Origin: Octopus vulgaris
Lineage: Eukaryota
Length of the DNA stretch: 64,000 bases
Direction of reading: 5' to 3'
Assembly: GCA_951406725.2 (NCBI GenBank)
Contig: OX597824.1
Coordinates: forward strand, 9,300,001-9,364,000
Each line of letters begins with the position of its first letter. Positions within the stretch are counted from its first letter, which is position 1. Made by a program: the position numbers and the translations under genes. Shown here piece after piece: positions 13,312 through 28,773 of the stretch. Below the pieces are notes generated by a model. That model was given only the letters and a program-made list of their open reading frames with translations. It had not been told where the DNA came from and searched no databases.

Positions 13312-14203
13312 ATACATATATGTAAATAAATCGCGGTTGTTTAATTGAAAGTTCCCTCATCATTTCATTCATTTGGATGATGTATACATCAGCTGTAATT
13401 CACTTAACATGTCTCATGCAGAGGTAGTTGGTGACACCAACGCTAGACCATCAAACAGACACTATTAGCTTTTGGGGGCGGGGTGAATATTTCTTTGAAT
13501 TGTGTTTTAGCACTTCGACTCTATCCAACCATCGTGCAGAACGCTTGCTATTCTTCAAAAGAATCCATTTTTTTTTAAAACTCACGTGCAAAAGCTGTTA
13601 TGCGGTGACAGCAAAGATCAGTAAATTTCAAAACGTCGTGTCATATGATGCTCGTTCAGTTCGTGTGAAACCCATTTGTCCAGATTCTTTAGCTTCCCGA
13701 TTCACTTCCGATGGTCCAGTACAGATGGAATCGAAACATCAAATCTTGATGCTAACTCACGCGTAGTTTGAGATGTATCCACTCCCACTACAGTTTCCAG
13801 CTCATCATTATCCACCTTGGACGCAGGTCTACCACGGGGCTGATTTTTAAGAGTAAATTAACCCGACCGGAACTTCTCAGACCATCAACCTACAGTGCGC
13901 TCATTCGCCACATCTTTATCAAACACCTCCTTGATGCTTCGAGTTTTCTGGGATGCATTGGTTCCACGACGAAACTCATATTTATACACAACACGAACTT
14001 TCGATCTATCAACTGGTTCAGAAAAATTGACTTACAAGAGAAAACACAGAATATAATCAGACACCACGAATTGCATTGCGAAAAGTGATGACGTAATTCT
14101 TCAATGTTGTAAAAGAAAGAATTGTCAAGATACGACATTAGAGTTAACGACTGTCAAACTTGATGCATTAGAAAATCGGACATTTCATTCTTGATGGACT
14201 CAT

Positions 14204-14680
<477 letters not shown>

Positions 14681-15413
14681 GTTTGTATATGAATATGACA
14701 TATCACGTATAAGGAGAAGAACCATTTTATCAATTGGCGATCATAGACAATCTATCATATTGACAGTTTCTTTATTTCTTAAATTGTCAAAATTTTCATC
14801 TTATTTCTGAAATTGTGCTAATGGTAATGTTTCACTCTATATCTCCAGAGAACCAGTTTCTTACGAGTCTTTCTAAGCTTACAGTTTTTATTAACCTATC
14901 ATATACTTTAAAGTTACTTTTCCTCAATTTTCCCTCATTTCTTTCTTCCATTTCCAAAGCTTTGAGCCTGTTGGTCTTCATTTTTGCTGCATGAATGTAT
15001 TATTCTTTATATGACAAGGGCTGGTTATAAGTTACATCGGCCAATTTTAGATTGAATTCTTCTATATTTTGCTCCTATTTCAATTTGTTGAATCTCTTAT
15101 CGTTCATATAGACTAAAACCAAATATACATAAATTTGGAGACTCTTAAATTTGAAATATTGGAGCATAAGATTCTAGAAAGTTTGAGTATTGATCGTTGA
15201 TCTGTATAGTAATATGCAGTATGTTGTACAGTATTACAAATCATATAAATATGTATAATTGTGTCTGTGTGTATGTGTGTCTGTGCTCAGTATGTCTATA
15301 TGATATATATGAAGATTATGTGTACATGTATAGAGGTTGTATAATTTATATAAATATATACACATACATACTTTCATATAAACATATATATACAAATGTA
15401 TATATGCATGACA

Positions 15414-15468
<55 letters not shown>

Positions 15469-15471
<3 letters not shown>

Positions 15472-16830
15472 TCGCCAAAAATAGTTTCAGAAAAGTTGAT
15501 GACAGTTCTATTCCTTCATTAATTTACTTTTAACAAAATTGTATAAAATTATCTTACTTTTTACAGCTTATGTAGAATTATTTTCTCTTTCGAAACATGT
15601 AGGCGTTATATATCTTTCTACAATTTGAATAATTTTAATACGCAATTTATACAAATTATTAAACATTGTCGGTAAAATAAGTTTAAGAGCGTACCAACAT
15701 TATTCTGTTTAAATTGAAAATTTACGGCACAAATGATCAAAGAACCAAAGTTCATTATTAGTATTTAGTTCCATAACCATTATTTTCAATTATAGCTTTA
15801 AAACGATTGGAGATGGAGTTTGACAGATGAGCACAAAAATCACTTGGAATGTTCTGCCATATTTCTTCAATAAAATAACATAATTAGTACAAATTTGTTG
15901 GGTTTTTTTAGCATGAATTGTTTTAGAAACATAATTTCGTAAATTGTCGATCGGGTTCAAATCCGGGCTTTGCGGAGGCCACTCAATAACCACCATATTA
16001 TTGCGCTCAAAATGTTGAAAACCTTTCCTAACATTATGAACGGGGCGATTTTCCTGCTGAAAAATGGATCCCGTGGCATCTGATTACTTGAATATGGCAG
16101 CTCATTTTCATTTACTAATTGCAGATAACCTACACTGTTCAGTCCGCCATTAACCTTGACAACTGGACCAACACCTAAGCTGCCGAACGCGACCAACACC
16201 ATTACCTCACCACCTCCATCTTGCGCCGTTTTCTTGACACACTTAGGATGGAATTCTTCAGTTGGACGGCGTCTAACATAAGTCTTTCCGTCTGATCCAA
16301 AGCTGCAGAAGCGAGATTCGTCCCTCCAAAGAACTTTTTACCTGTCTTCATCCGTCCATTCAATATGGCTCTTAACAAATAAAATCCGCTTTCGTCGGTT
16401 CATCTCAGAAATTATCGCCTTCTTTCGAGCGATCCGGTCGAACTGTCCAAATTGTTTCAGGCGGTTTCTGACAGTTTGTGGTGTAAAGCCGGTCAGTTTC
16501 ATCAGGTAATTGCTTGTAAATGTTCACTACGGTTAGTATTCGGTTACCTTCAAAGAGCCTGTGAGTTCGCCGATCTATTTGTATTGTTGATTTTCTCGGA
16601 GCAACCATTCTTTGTTGAACTTTGTATTGGCCAGTGACTTGGTAAAGCTTTCCCATAGCGAATTAATGCTCGATTATTAAACAAAAAAGCGCAGTAGGAC
16701 CAGTCATACGATCACCCATTTGGTTTATTAAATTCCATAATCTTGGTACGGTCTTAAACAAAATAATGTTGGTACAGTTTTAAAATTATTTTGCCGACAA
16801 TTTTTAATCAGTTGAACACTTTTTAATCAG
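15469..16830 (-). mobile_element. Decayed Tc1 (DD34E-type) transposon
   Basis: KVLWRDESRF, GGGEVMVLVAF, WPPQSPDLNPIDNL motifs; TA+cactc end; inverted repeats 15661-15712 versus 16754-16805. Confidence 0.88.
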
Positions 16831-19106
16831 AGAACCCCTTTAATGCCAGGATGAATAATCGTAATCGAGTGAGATGCAATATTGCAACGTTAGTCAGCGA
16901 TATATACAGTGATCATTCAAAAAAATTCACACGATCTGTGGTTTTTTTCTGAATTCTAGTAGCAAAATACCTGGATGCTTTCCTCATTAGCGAAAATGTA
17001 GCCATTTTAGAAAAGCGAACGACATGGTTGGACACACACACAAGCGATACGATTTAACAGTGGCTGAGATCAATCCATGGGAAGTAAGTCTTCTTTTACT
17101 CCCTGAAAATCTTATAATTATTTATTGTTTGATTCTAGTATTTTAACTAAAACCGAGCCAAGCAAGGTTTATATATACCTCCCCATAAAAGAGAATGTGT
17201 GCTTCCGGCGTCCATATGTTATAACTCGTGACTATCTCTAAGTGCAAGGTCGATACAAAACCGACGGTAACCTTCCTGTTCTGATATATACCCTAACCTG
17301 TAACAGCTCGACGATATAACAAAAAACGTGAACGCGCAATTTCTCCTACTGAGTGTGACGTTTTCTGTATTATAGTCTGCTAACTAATAACGTATGTGTG
17401 TTATTAGTTAGCACAGCCACCTACATGTATCCATGTATCTATAAATCCACACACACTATCATTTATAAATGTATAATATAGATGCGTGGATTAATGGACA
17501 TATATATTAATGTATCTACGTGTAGGTGTACTAAAACTATGTATTTCTTTATTAATAAATACATCTTTCATTTTATAATGAGAAGCTCTTTCAAAAATAA
17601 ATATGATGTATTCTTGCCTATAAATTATGTATGTATTTATTCTCTTCATTTTTCCATACATATTATTAAGTATAATTTTCCATGACATTATTTTCTTCCT
17701 TACTTTCTGTATATTTCGATTTTTTTCCTCCAGCAGATATTGTTTCCCTTCTGAAATATTCCTATCTTATCTCAAAAAGAAACAGCGAGTGATCTCAGGA
17801 AATAACATTTTATAGAATGGTATTATCTAAGAGAAAACCAGAGCTATGTATTTAAATTATCCAACAGATTAGAAGAACACTGTCTTCTTGTATTTTAAAT
17901 TAATGAGATGAACGGGATTTAAATATAATTGCAGCAGCACTGTTCGTTGAGAATTGAGAATATTTCAGATAACGACTGAATAATTTGAGGGAGTGAAAAG
18001 TAGAAGGGAAGTAAGTGAAAAAAATGCAAATAAAGAAAATATAATTATTGATTTTTTTTTTGTTTCGTCGAATAGATACAAAGCAGAATTTTGTTGGAAA
18101 GGGTTCACAGTCGACTGAATTTATAGCTTCAATGTTAGCCATTTTATCGAACAAAGTACAAAAATATAAAAATTCAACGGCTGTCAGTTGCAGCAACGAA
18201 AACAACGAATGTTGAAGTTAAAGCCTTATTTCATTTGACAAGTAGAACAGAGTTTTTGCACTCGACGAAGTATAACCGAATTTAAAATATGCTATTATTG
18301 TATTGATTCTTGTAAATTTCACTCCGGGGGGATTTGTACTTAGAACGAATAAATTTAAACAGACAATAGTTAGATATTTAGCATCTGCCGACCAAAGATT
18401 CCGTCATTTCTACAATTCCAAATTATTTAATTTTCAAATATTGAAATAATATAATAAGGATCTTACATATAGGGAGACAGAAAGAGATGGAGATACTCAG
18501 AGTCAGCGATAGGAGTAGAGAAACAGACAGGCCAGGAGAGCGAACAGGCGACGGAAGAGATAAATTGAGAGGAAGAAATAGAGGCTAGGTGGGGGACATT
18601 TATATGAAATTGTATTTGTCATAAAATACTAAAGGAGAAAATAAGATATCATTAATATCCCGAGCTATTTAACTTCCGATAACTAAAGATACTCGGCTCA
18701 GTGGTTAGGACTGTTTCTCGCAATATCGCGAGTTAGTCCCTTCCGAACCGGAACGATGTCTCTTCATTTCACATTCTTTCAATCGACTGTCCGAATAATG
18801 CAGCGGTCCCCTACAATCCGCTGCTTGTCAATTATTAACAAAGAACATTGAGTGAGCAACAGGTTTTATTCCATAACCATGCATGTAATATTCTGTGGAA
18901 TGATGGTCCGTTCCCAGTATCACTGGAATAAAAATAATATTAATCGCTGGAAAAATACTAATGTATTGTTTCATATATATATTAAAAAATATAATAGTAT
19001 TTTAGCGATTATCCTCCGGCAAAAATGTTGATGAAACAATTGTAGTATTACACAATAAAACGTGTTGCTCATTCCATCTGCTTTGCTTACATATATTATG
19101 TATGTA

Positions 19107-19182
<76 letters not shown>

Positions 19183-19211
19183 TGTATGTATGTATATATA
19201 TACATATATAT

Positions 19212-19550
19212 GCCGAATGCTTTTCATCACCAGTGCCTTAGAGATATCCTGAAGATCATGTGGCGTGACAACATCTAAAACAATTGAATCATGATAAAGA
19301 TTTAGCGTAAGTAAACTTCAAGAAACCATGACAGCTGGACGAAGGAACTGCTTGAACCTGTATCGCGCTTAACATTAGAGAGAATGACAAAGACAACCGA
19401 GTTGATGAAAGATTAGGGTGAAGATTACGGAAAAGACTGTCTGGGAAGACTTGACAGAAATGGATGCTACCTTAGAAGAAATGGATGCTACCTTTGACTC
19501 TGAATGATACCAGTTGGAGAATTCTCATCGTTTGATGCTCTTTGAGTAAA
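19212..19550 (+). pseudogene. RTE-type LINE reverse transcriptase C-terminal remnant
   Basis: NAFHHQCLRDILKIMWRDNI resembles the RTE ORF C-terminal motif; stops and frameshifts. Confidence 0.65.
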
Positions 19551-20024
19551 TGGAGATAGCATACTATAGCATGCCAAGATATAATAATTACAGCATGGTT
19601 ATGATAAACAATAATAGTTAGTAATAGATAACATAAATCTTTAGGTTTCTATATATTTGCGTTCACAAATTTCTTTGCATCGAGTGCAAGGTAACACACG
19701 ATTGAATCCGTGTACAACAAATAATTATGATGTTGTGCAGTTTATCAGAAACATAAGTGCGGCAAATTTAATTCGTGTTCTGTCAAGTTGACAGAGAACA
19801 GCGATTAAGATAATTATTAATATCTGAAAATATTTCAGCTTTCAACAAGCAGCGGAGTTCATCCGGTGATACTCGCATATTTTGTGATGCTAGAATTTAA
19901 GGGGAATAAAACATGATGACTGAATACGTGTGTGTGTGTGTGTGTGTGTGTGTCTGTGCAGAAGGATGTTTCCAGGTACAGCCATGTGAGAGAAGTTGGT
20001 CCACAGAAACTGAAAGAAGCCCTT

Positions 20025-20080
<56 letters not shown>

Positions 20081-20190
20081 AAGGGATTCTTTATATATGT
20101 ATGTATATAAATATATGTATATATGTATATATATATATACATATATACGTGCATATATATATATACATATATATATGTATATATGTATAT

Positions 20191-20238
<48 letters not shown>

Positions 20239-21393
20239 GCATATATACATACATATATACGTATATATATACACACATACATATATATATATACACATAT
20301 ATACATATATATACATACATATATATATGTATATATATACACATACATATATATATGTGTGTGTGAGTGAGTGCACTGACATGCACATATACATATACGT
20401 ACATACATACGAACATACAGCCATACATGCATAGCCATTTTCGTTGAAACCAGCAACTTATTAATCTCTCTTTTCGCGGTTTTCTCTCTCTAACACTAGA
20501 GAGGAATACAATTACATGCTCTTCACTGGCAACTTTCCATGTTCTAATTCTGTAAACTCGCTCTCCAAATTAGATAGCACTTGAGAATGTATATGATTGG
20601 CGCCGTATTATATTGAATATAAAATTGGTTTTGAGGCCCACGCTCTACTATTTCTCTTTTGAGGGTAATTTATTTTATTCCATAATGCTACGCAGAGAAG
20701 TTGTTTCTTTATAAAACACAAAATAAAGCATATTCACTTAGGAGGAACAAGATGCAGCTGGTTTTTTTTTCCTTTGTAATTTTCTTTTTTGTGTGTGTTT
20801 TCGTGTTGTGTTTACGAAGTTATTGGTGTTGTCGTGTGTGGATTTACCTAAATTTTATTGTTATATTTATGTGAATAATATTATTGGTTTTTCTTGAGAA
20901 TACTATTTTTAGCATTTTGATGTACCGCAAGAAGGAAAAAGAGAAAGAGAGAGAGAGAGGGGGGTAATTACTACTGAAGAAATACAAGACTTTAATAAAA
21001 AAAAAAAATGTACTCGTATTGAAAGACCGCCGACGATGAGTGATCCTCGCTAAATCGCAAATAATCAATTGTTATAAGGAAGAAAAAAACGACAACACTT
21101 CATGTAACAAAACAGACATATTGTCTGCAAACGAAAATAATTTTACCGAGAACTAGTTATAAGTAAAGTAAAGTCAATGCAACGTCAATAATAAGAAAAT
21201 GGTAGATTTTGTAAGGGAGTATATCAGCGGGGAAGAAGTGTGTTAAAAGAATGAGCACGAAAGCCGACTAGTGCAGGGCGAACCAAGAACCCAAGAATAG
21301 TACAGATACTACAAGAGGGAACGGGTATAAAGTACTCCGAGATATACCCCAAAATTTATTGCCAAAATGATATATTAATATATATATATATAT

Positions 21394-21895
<502 letters not shown>

Positions 21896-21926
21896 TATAT
21901 GTATATATATACATATATATATATAT

Positions 21927-22145
21927 ATATGGGGTTTTGAAAACATCACGACTATGGATAAAAGAAAATACAGGAGGTTCAGTTAATTATGATCTTATTC
22001 AACATATTCTCCTCCCAGACTCATAAATTTATTGCATCGGTCCTTCAGTTTTTCAAAGCCCTCTAAAAGAACTCGAACGGTTGGACCTCCAACTAGACCT
22101 TTCGCGATGCCCGTGAAGCGAAGAACTTTTCAGCATCCTCACGTC
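21927..22145 (-). mobile_element. Mariner-derived internally deleted element (MITE-like)
   Basis: Minus strand FEKLKDRCNKFMSLGGEYVE* (mariner C-terminus); degenerate TIRs ggggttttgaaaac / acttttcagcatcct. Confidence 0.6.
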
Positions 22146-22854
22146 TATATAAATAAATACATTTATACACATAGACACAAAGACTAAACTAGGGTTTAAT
22201 ATTAACCCACCAATTATACATGATTCGTTGTAACATTAATATCAAGAATAATTACAAAGCGGCGAGTTGGAAGAATCGTTAGAAAGTATGGTAAAACACA
22301 TAACAGCATTCCATCCTTCTTTACGCTCTGATTTCAAAATATCACAGAGGTCAACTTTGCCTTCCATTTCACAGGATCGATAAAATAATTATCGGTTGAG
22401 TACTGGAGTTGATGTAATCGACTAGCCCCCTCTCACAAAATTGCTGGCTTTCTGCCAAAAAGTGAAACCAATATTAATAATAATTATTAGTTTGCTATTG
22501 ATAATAAATAATATTCCATATTTAATATTACTAATATTAGTTTCTCCGAGACTATGTTTGAAGATTTATACATGGGAAAATATTTAAATGTAAGTATATT
22601 TATTATATTTATATTATTATTAATATAAAGATTTCTGTACATAAAATGTATTTCTTATGTTTTAATAAACATTTACTCTTTGAAGAATGTATTTGATCAA
22701 GGGTTTTTACTTGTATCTATGAATTCTTCATTTAAAATAAAATATCTGCATTCAATTGATATCAGAAATATGATGTGCCTCATTATAATACCTCTTATAT
22801 ACTATTTCTAAACATCTCTCTTTCTTTTAATGTATATATATATATATATATATA

Positions 22855-23085
22855 GGCGCAGGAGTGGCTATGTGGTAAGTAGATTTTTTACCAACCACAT
22901 GGTTCCGGGTTTAGTCCCACTGCGTGGCACCTTGGGCAAGTGTCTTCTACTATAGCCTCGGGCCGACCAAAGCCTTGTGAGTGGATTTGGTGGACGGAAA
23001 CTGAAAGAAGCCCGTCGTATATATATATGTGTGTGTGTATGTGTGTATGTGTGTGTATGTGTATGTGTGTGTGTGTGTGTGTGTC
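22855..23085 (+). mobile_element. SINE family A, 5' half
   Basis: ggcgcaggagtggct...gaagcccgtcg then (TG)n. Confidence 0.88.
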
Positions 23086-23394
23086 CCATTCCTACGCCTA
23101 ATATTTGAGAAGAATAAAAAAAAAATAGGCCCCAAATGCTCATGTAGGTAACTGCTCAGTTACCATTAAGTGACTTCCTCAATGGAAGCTAAGTGGAAAA
23201 ACGAAGTGTCTATACTCGCCAACGTCTTTTCAAAACGTTTCTTAGTCGTGTCATTGAATAACGGTACACATTAGAACGGTAACAAAGATAACAATTATAT
23301 ACTAAATGTATAATGAATGCTATGATTAAGAAACTTTACGTGTCGAAATATCAAATGGAATAAATTTAAACTGCTCAAAATTTAACAAAGTGGA

Positions 23395-23492
23395 GGTGCC
23401 TGGCTTAGTGGTTAGGGTGTCAGCATCATGATCGTAAGATTGTGGTTTCGATTCCTGGACCGGGCGACGCGTTGTGTTCTTGAGCAAAACAC
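23395..23492 (+). mobile_element. Third tRNA-derived SINE head (family C)
   Basis: A-box tggcttagtgg, B-box ggtttcgattcc, CORE-like tgtgttcttgagcaaaacac. Confidence 0.7.
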
Positions 23493-23570
23493 CCCCAGCT
23501 CTCCACCACCCCTTGCTCTCCACCACCCCCTGTTCTCCAACCACCCCCTGTTCTCCAACCACCCCCTGCT
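23493..23570 (+). repeat. C-rich minisatellite, about 18-bp unit x4
   Basis: ttctccaaccaccccctg repeated. Confidence 0.85.
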
Positions 23571-23571
23571 C

Positions 23572-23950
23572 AATAAAGAAATAAGAAACGTTAGCACACC
23601 GGGCGAAATGCTCAGCGGTATTTCGCTTGTGTTTGTGTTCAAATTTCGCCGAAGTCGACTTTGTCTTTATTCCTTTCGGGTTCGATTAAATACGTACCAG
23701 TTACGCACTTGGGTCGATATTATCGACTTAATCCGTTTGTCTGTTCTTGTTTGTCCTCTCTGTGTTTAGCCCCTTGTGGGTAGGAAAGAAATAGGTATTT
23801 CGCTTGTCTTTACGTTCTGAGTTCAAATTCCACCGAGTTCGACTTTATCTTTCATCCTTTCGGTATCGATAAATTCCAGTTGCGTACTGGAATCAATCGA
23901 CTGGCCCCCTCTCCCAAAATTTCGGGCCATGTGCTTAGAGCAGAAAAGAT
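23572..23950 (+). mobile_element. SINE family B multimer ending in alternative tail
   Basis: Junctions aaagaaata|agaaacgttagc and aagaaata|ggtatttcg. Confidence 0.85.
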
Positions 23951-24594
23951 TATTGGTAGCTAAAAATCAGTCATCGTTTGGTCTCATTAGCGAAATACGG
24001 TTAACAGGAAATTTCGAGACCATAGGTTGACTAGAAGAGATCCAAGTAATTTCAAATAATGGCATTGGAAGATTTCTCAAGTATGCCGTTTGCATAAAAG
24101 AATATGGAGTTATTGAAAGTTGCACTACCTAATGTATTAAGGCGAAAATAACATAAATATGAATTTTTGTTATAAGGCGGTGAGCACGTTGGGTAAAATG
24201 CTTACGTTGTGAGTTCAAATTCCGCCGAGGAAGACCTTGTTTTTATCCTATCGGAGTCGATTTAATATGAACACTGAGCCGATGTAATCGATTTCTCCCT
24301 CCCGCCAAAATTGCTCGCTCGGTGCCAAACACTAAAATCAATATTAACAGTTGTTATATACGGAATAAGGAGTCAGTGAAACAAAAATTGGCTTCCAAAA
24401 AAGTTATTGGGGAAAATTTGATAAACACTGGTAACATATTGTTATGTAATAAACGAGATATAAGACACAGCTAGGACAGATTTGCATACGCTTAAGAATT
24501 AATGAACTAAACACAGCACAAAATATATCGAATAGAAAGTAAAAAAAGAATATCATAAACGCATTATTACTATTTTTTTTCATTATCATTATTA

Positions 24595-24651
<57 letters not shown>

Positions 24652-24653
<2 letters not shown>

Positions 24654-24863
24654 TATGTTTGACTTTTGCTTTATGTTTGTACAAGTTGGCTCCAAGTCTC
24701 ACCCAGAGACCTCAAGAGACAACAGGTTGGAAGTTCACGTTGTTGTTATTGCCTAGTGTGCCATATATTTGGGGTTTTTTTTGGTGTTGTACTAGTGAAT
24801 GTCTAATAAATAAATTAAAAAAAAGTTTGGTTTAAACCTTGGGATTACATAGAGAGTATTTTG

Positions 24864-24866
<3 letters not shown>
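24652..24866 (-). mobile_element. 3' end of a non-LTR retrotransposon inside (TAA)n (Dong/R4-like)
   Basis: Flanked both sides by (TTA)n; minus strand begins KILSM-stop then a 3'UTR ending gtcaaacatagaataataa. Confidence 0.55.
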
Positions 24867-24931
<65 letters not shown>

Positions 24932-24934
<3 letters not shown>

Positions 24935-25197
24935 CGGCGAGATGGCAGAATCGTTAGCGCGCCGGGCAAAATGCTTATCGGTATTTCGTCTGCCGCTACG
25001 TTCTGAGTTCAAATTCCGCCGAGGTCGACTTTGCCTTTCATCCTTTCGGGGTCGATTAAATAAGTACCAGTTACGTACTGGGGTCGATATAATCGACTTG
25101 ATCTGTTTGTCTGTCCTTGTTTGTCCCCTCTGTGTTTAGCCCCTTATGGGTAGTAATGAAATAGGTATTTCGTCAGTCTTTACCTTCTGAGTTCAAA
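24932..25197 (+). mobile_element. SINE family B plus partial second unit
   Basis: Near-consensus copy, junction gaaata|ggtatttcg. Confidence 0.9.
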
Positions 25198-25352
25198 TGT
25201 AAAGCAAAAGTCAAACATAAAATAATAATAATGATGATGATGTGACAGACTCTTCCGTCGTTGGTGACGTATGCGTCTTCAAATTTTGTTTATAGTGATC
25301 AAAATATGTGTGCTGTACGTTAACTCACTCCCTAGCCACTAAACCATGGACA

Positions 25353-25749
25353 TCTTTATATATAAAAGTCAAGTTGTGTGTCTGTCTCCTTCGATTTAGA
25401 TTCCTAACTACTCCCACATTTTGCGGTGCAGTTTAACTAAAACCGGGTATATTATAGTCGTGATTCTTATCGAGCCCTTCTGTGTATTAGCGCGCGTCTA
25501 CGATGAGTCTACGATTTTAAAAAAAAATTACCATCATTTGTTTCCATTTTAATGCATTTTTTTCGCTATTATATAAGGGAAGTAACTCTCTAAAAATGTC
25601 TACGATGAGTCAACGATTTAAAAAAAAATTACCATCATTTTTTTCCATTTTTAATGCATTTTTTTGCTATTTTTTTGCTATAACTCTCTAAAAATGCTTA
25701 TATAGTTATTTTCCTTACAAACCCGAGCAACGCCGGGCGATACTGCTAG
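25353..25749 (+). mobile_element. Non-autonomous Helitron
   Basis: 5' TC(tttatatataaa), 3' hairpin cccgagcaacgccggg then CTAG, inserted between A and T, no TSD; internal tandem duplication. Confidence 0.8.
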
Positions 25750-26539
25750 TTCATAATAATTCCAAATGTTGGTGAAGCGGTCGATGGCACCGACTCCAGT
25801 GCTTCATTGGTGCTTATTTTATCGACCTCGAAATGACGCAAGGCAAAGGTGCCCGCGGTGGAATTTGAACTCGCAATGTCAAACCCGAAGAAATATTCCA
25901 ATGATTCTGCCAGTCCAGAGCCCTTCCCAAGACATGGCATTCGCTTTAAATTATTTCGTCGATAACTTAGATGTCTTGCAAACAACTTGCAAATGCAAGT
26001 GCTACCAGTTAAAAGCTCCGTATACCGGAAGCTAGCAAGTGTATGGGGTCATCAGGAGAGAATGCACGCCATTTCGGGCCCTACCTCTCGACGGCATCAA
26101 TGCGCACCGGACCCCTCACTGATATGAGGCCCCGCTTGCTAGATCAGCTGGTTATGAAGAACTCAATATACTTCTAGCCATCGCTCATCCACTCTTTTTA
26201 ACCAAATCCAGTGGCTAGCCTTCATAACATGATCCACTGGACATTATACGTAATCTCTTGTGTAACTTAATCTCACAATGTACAAGAACCGTTGTATATT
26301 GCCAAAACCGTTGGTCTGTCACCCAACCAATTCTGCTGTTCGCCGTCAGAATGGTATCAGCTATGACTTTTAGAGCAGGCACGATGCCATGGATTAGAGA
26401 GGCTGAGTATATCCAATAAAATATTCCATCAGTTCTCGGCTGAACATGTAACTAAGAACGCAGTTTACATAGTCACGCTTTATATTCGGAGCTCTAATAA
26501 TTCTACCTAAAAATAGGAAGACAACACGCAACTAGTAAT

Positions 26540-26586
<47 letters not shown>

Positions 26587-27757
26587 ATGGTGGGGGTGAT
26601 GGCATGAAGCTAGGTGGTGGATTTATTGGCTTTATTCGTTAATAAAGGAAAGTGATGTGTATGATTCTTATGGTAAAGCTTAGAGAGGAAAGTTAATTAA
26701 ATATTGATCACCGAAGCAATTATGTAATAATTAATTAACTAATAGAGAAATAAACTCCTGAATTAGTGGAAGTGGTTGCGACAGGGGGCGAGAATTAAAA
26801 GAGGCGGAGAACAGGAAATAGGGGGTGGGGGCTAGATGGGGAGACGGCGAGGTGTAAAAACAAAATATAGAAAACTTGGACACGAATTCCTGGACAATTT
26901 AAAAGACGATGTAAAAACTGAAATTGGAATTCCACGAAGTCTCTTTCTATCGAATCCACTTTGCATTCAGTTAAATTTCGTAAAGCCATTCCACTCACCA
27001 TTGTACATCACAAGGGCAGAAGAATTGCATGTACCTTGCTATCTGGCGACCGGCAGGATTTTCCGTAAGTAGAGCAAATTGCTCTGCGGTATTCGTTTTA
27101 ATTACTGCACACTGGTTCAAATCTCACTTGGTCAAATTTGTCTTTCACCCTTTCGGGCTCTATAAAAAACAGAGCAGTAATGAATGAAGGTGTATTGTTA
27201 ATTCAATTTCTATATAGTTGGATTAGATGTCTTACGGTTCTTTCGGCTATTTCTGCATTCTGAGTTTTCGATTGATAAACATAATCCGTCCTCTGGTTTA
27301 CCACCCACCACTTTATCTTTAGTTGCCTTTCGTGGAAAGCAACTCTGTTACAAGCATGCGCACCTAGTCACAGATTTAGAATAACTTCTTATCTCCTTCC
27401 TTCCTTTCATCCTAACAGTATCAGCGGCCTTTTAAATCAGCAGGGTTCAGAGCGCTGTATTTCCTTCTTTGATTAATCGGTAAATCCTGTAATGTCAGTG
27501 AAGTCTCTCTGCTCCATTTATTGAGTACCATGTTGGGTCTTCTAGCCAAAGTTCTCAGTTGATTAAAAGTATCACCATTCTGCCCAGATTCAATTGCAGC
27601 AGTTGTTGGTTCAACACTTACTACCGTTCTAATTCTTGAGTCTATGAGATATCTCTCCTGAGAGGAAGTCACTCTTTTCTTTCTCTCTGACTGTCTGTCT
27701 CTCTCTCTCACTCAGTCACTCTCTCTCTCTCTCTCACTCCCTCTCTCTCTCTCTCAA

Positions 27758-27945
27758 TACCCATTTCTTTACTACCCACAAAGGGCTAAACACAGAGGAC
27801 AAACAAGGACAGACAAACGGATTAAGTCGATTATATCAACCCCAGTACATAACTGGTACTTAATTTATCGACTCCGAAAGATGAAAGGCAAATTCGACCT
27901 CGGCGGAATTTGAACTCAGAACGTAATGGCAGACGAAATACGACT
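27758..27945 (-). mobile_element. SINE family B, 5'-truncated
   Basis: Tail and body match other copies. Confidence 0.85.
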
Positions 27946-28499
27946 CAATACCCGCTCGCTAAAGGCAGCGAGATGTACTGTATTAATATATTCATAGCAA
28001 ACTGCCCCCAGACTTTAGCTGCTCTCATAGATGCTATACAATAATTGTTCCCTCTATATAAATAAACACCCGCAAAGGTATAGAGGTGTTTCATTTCTGA
28101 ATTCTTGGTTCCATGGCAATGTAGCACCGTCCATATCGATGAAACTGCTATTATTACAATAAATGTTATTATTATATCAGATATTCAAATAATGCTGCAT
28201 ACTAAATCGAAAATGAAATATTCCAAAGAATATCCGAAGGCTAAATGTATGTTTTAAGACTAATTATAAATATTAAAATTGCAAATATATATATCCCGCT
28301 TCGAAATAATACAGGAGTGCGGAGATGGGCACATAAGCTATTTGCATAATGGATAGCAAAGATTGCTTAATTAATTTTCCTGTATGATTTCAGCCTCACC
28401 AATCATTATGGCAATATGGCTGAAGAACAAATATGCCATATTTCAGAATACATCTACAGATATGCTAACACACACACACACACATACACACAAACATAC

Positions 28500-28507
28500 A
28501 TAGATAA

Positions 28508-28596
<89 letters not shown>

Positions 28597-28599
28597 TAA

Positions 28600-28670
<71 letters not shown>

Positions 28671-28676
28671 TGTAGG

Positions 28677-28712
<36 letters not shown>

Positions 28713-28713
28713 G

Positions 28714-28772
<59 letters not shown>
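28500..28772. repeat. (GATA)n microsatellite
   Basis: Directly visible. Confidence 0.95.

Positions 28773-28773
<1 letters not shown>

Noticed and set aside
23395-23470. Possible tRNA gene
   Set aside because: A/B boxes present but no full cloverleaf, and it continues into a SINE core
23493-23570. CRISPR-like array
   Set aside because: Contiguous minisatellite without unique spacers, in eukaryotic DNA
26030-26145. Inverted ends ctagcaag/cttgctag with ctgatga on the minus strand
   Set aside because: No GAAA half and only short pairing; likely an old repeat remnant
27421-27711. 96-aa minus-strand ORF
   Set aside because: Starts in a (GA)n tract, with no recognisable domain or splice support
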